Of a stretch of DNA of 64,000 nucleotides, positions 63,721-64,000 are shown in pieces. Every line of letters begins with the position of its first letter. Position 1 is the stretch's first letter. The stretch is from Octopus vulgaris (taxonomy: Eukaryota). Below the pieces are notes generated by a model. It had not been told where the DNA came from, searched no databases, and saw nothing but the letters and a program-made list of their open reading frames with translations. Both the position numbers and the translations under genes were made by a program. Location: the NCBI GenBank assembly GCA_951406725.2, contig OX597815.1, positions 47,988,001-48,052,000 of the forward strand, read 5' to 3'.

Positions 63721-64000
63721 TATATATACATATATATATATGACTTCAGGATGCTGAACCTTTTAATGCAAGATGACAAAGGACTGGGATGCCTGGTGCC
63801 TTGCTGTACTCAAGAAGACCTGTGCTTCACAGCAGAAGTGTTAAGATTACTCTCCCTGATGAAGAGGATTGACCTGCAAGGGTCCTGTGCTGGTGTCACA
63901 TAAAAAGCACTTGTGGTGGTGCTATGTAAAAGTGCCTGTGTGGTGTCATGTAAAAGTGCTGGTGAGGTGCTATGTAAAAGCCCTTGTGCAGTACCATGTA

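Overview
AT-rich, repeat-dense eukaryotic DNA. The SINE/RTE repertoire and microsatellite load point to a coleoid cephalopod, most likely Octopus (inference, no search run). The window lies inside one large minus-strand gene. Nine GT-AG exons (38683 down to 7947) splice with consistent phases into an open 1189-nt (about 396-aa) segment that is coiled-coil plus Ser/Asn-rich linker; its C-terminal part (LERDISQKRHLIEE) resembles centlein (CNTLN). Neither gene end was located. The introns hold a young 5'-truncated RTE LINE (one frameshift, PHD-like finger inside the RT region), a full-length degenerate Tc1, a truncated mariner, three Penelope remnants, a non-autonomous Helitron, TTAA MITEs, dozens of tRNA-derived SINEs and several long hairpins. 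Most notable are two type I hammerhead ribozyme folds with unusually long stem II. One lies just downstream of a Penelope GIY-YIG ORF (+ strand); the other lies on the host pre-mRNA strand. There are also many intronic dsRNA-forming structures. Most short ORFs in the track are microsatellite or SINE artefacts. No prokaryotic system or CRISPR array was seen.
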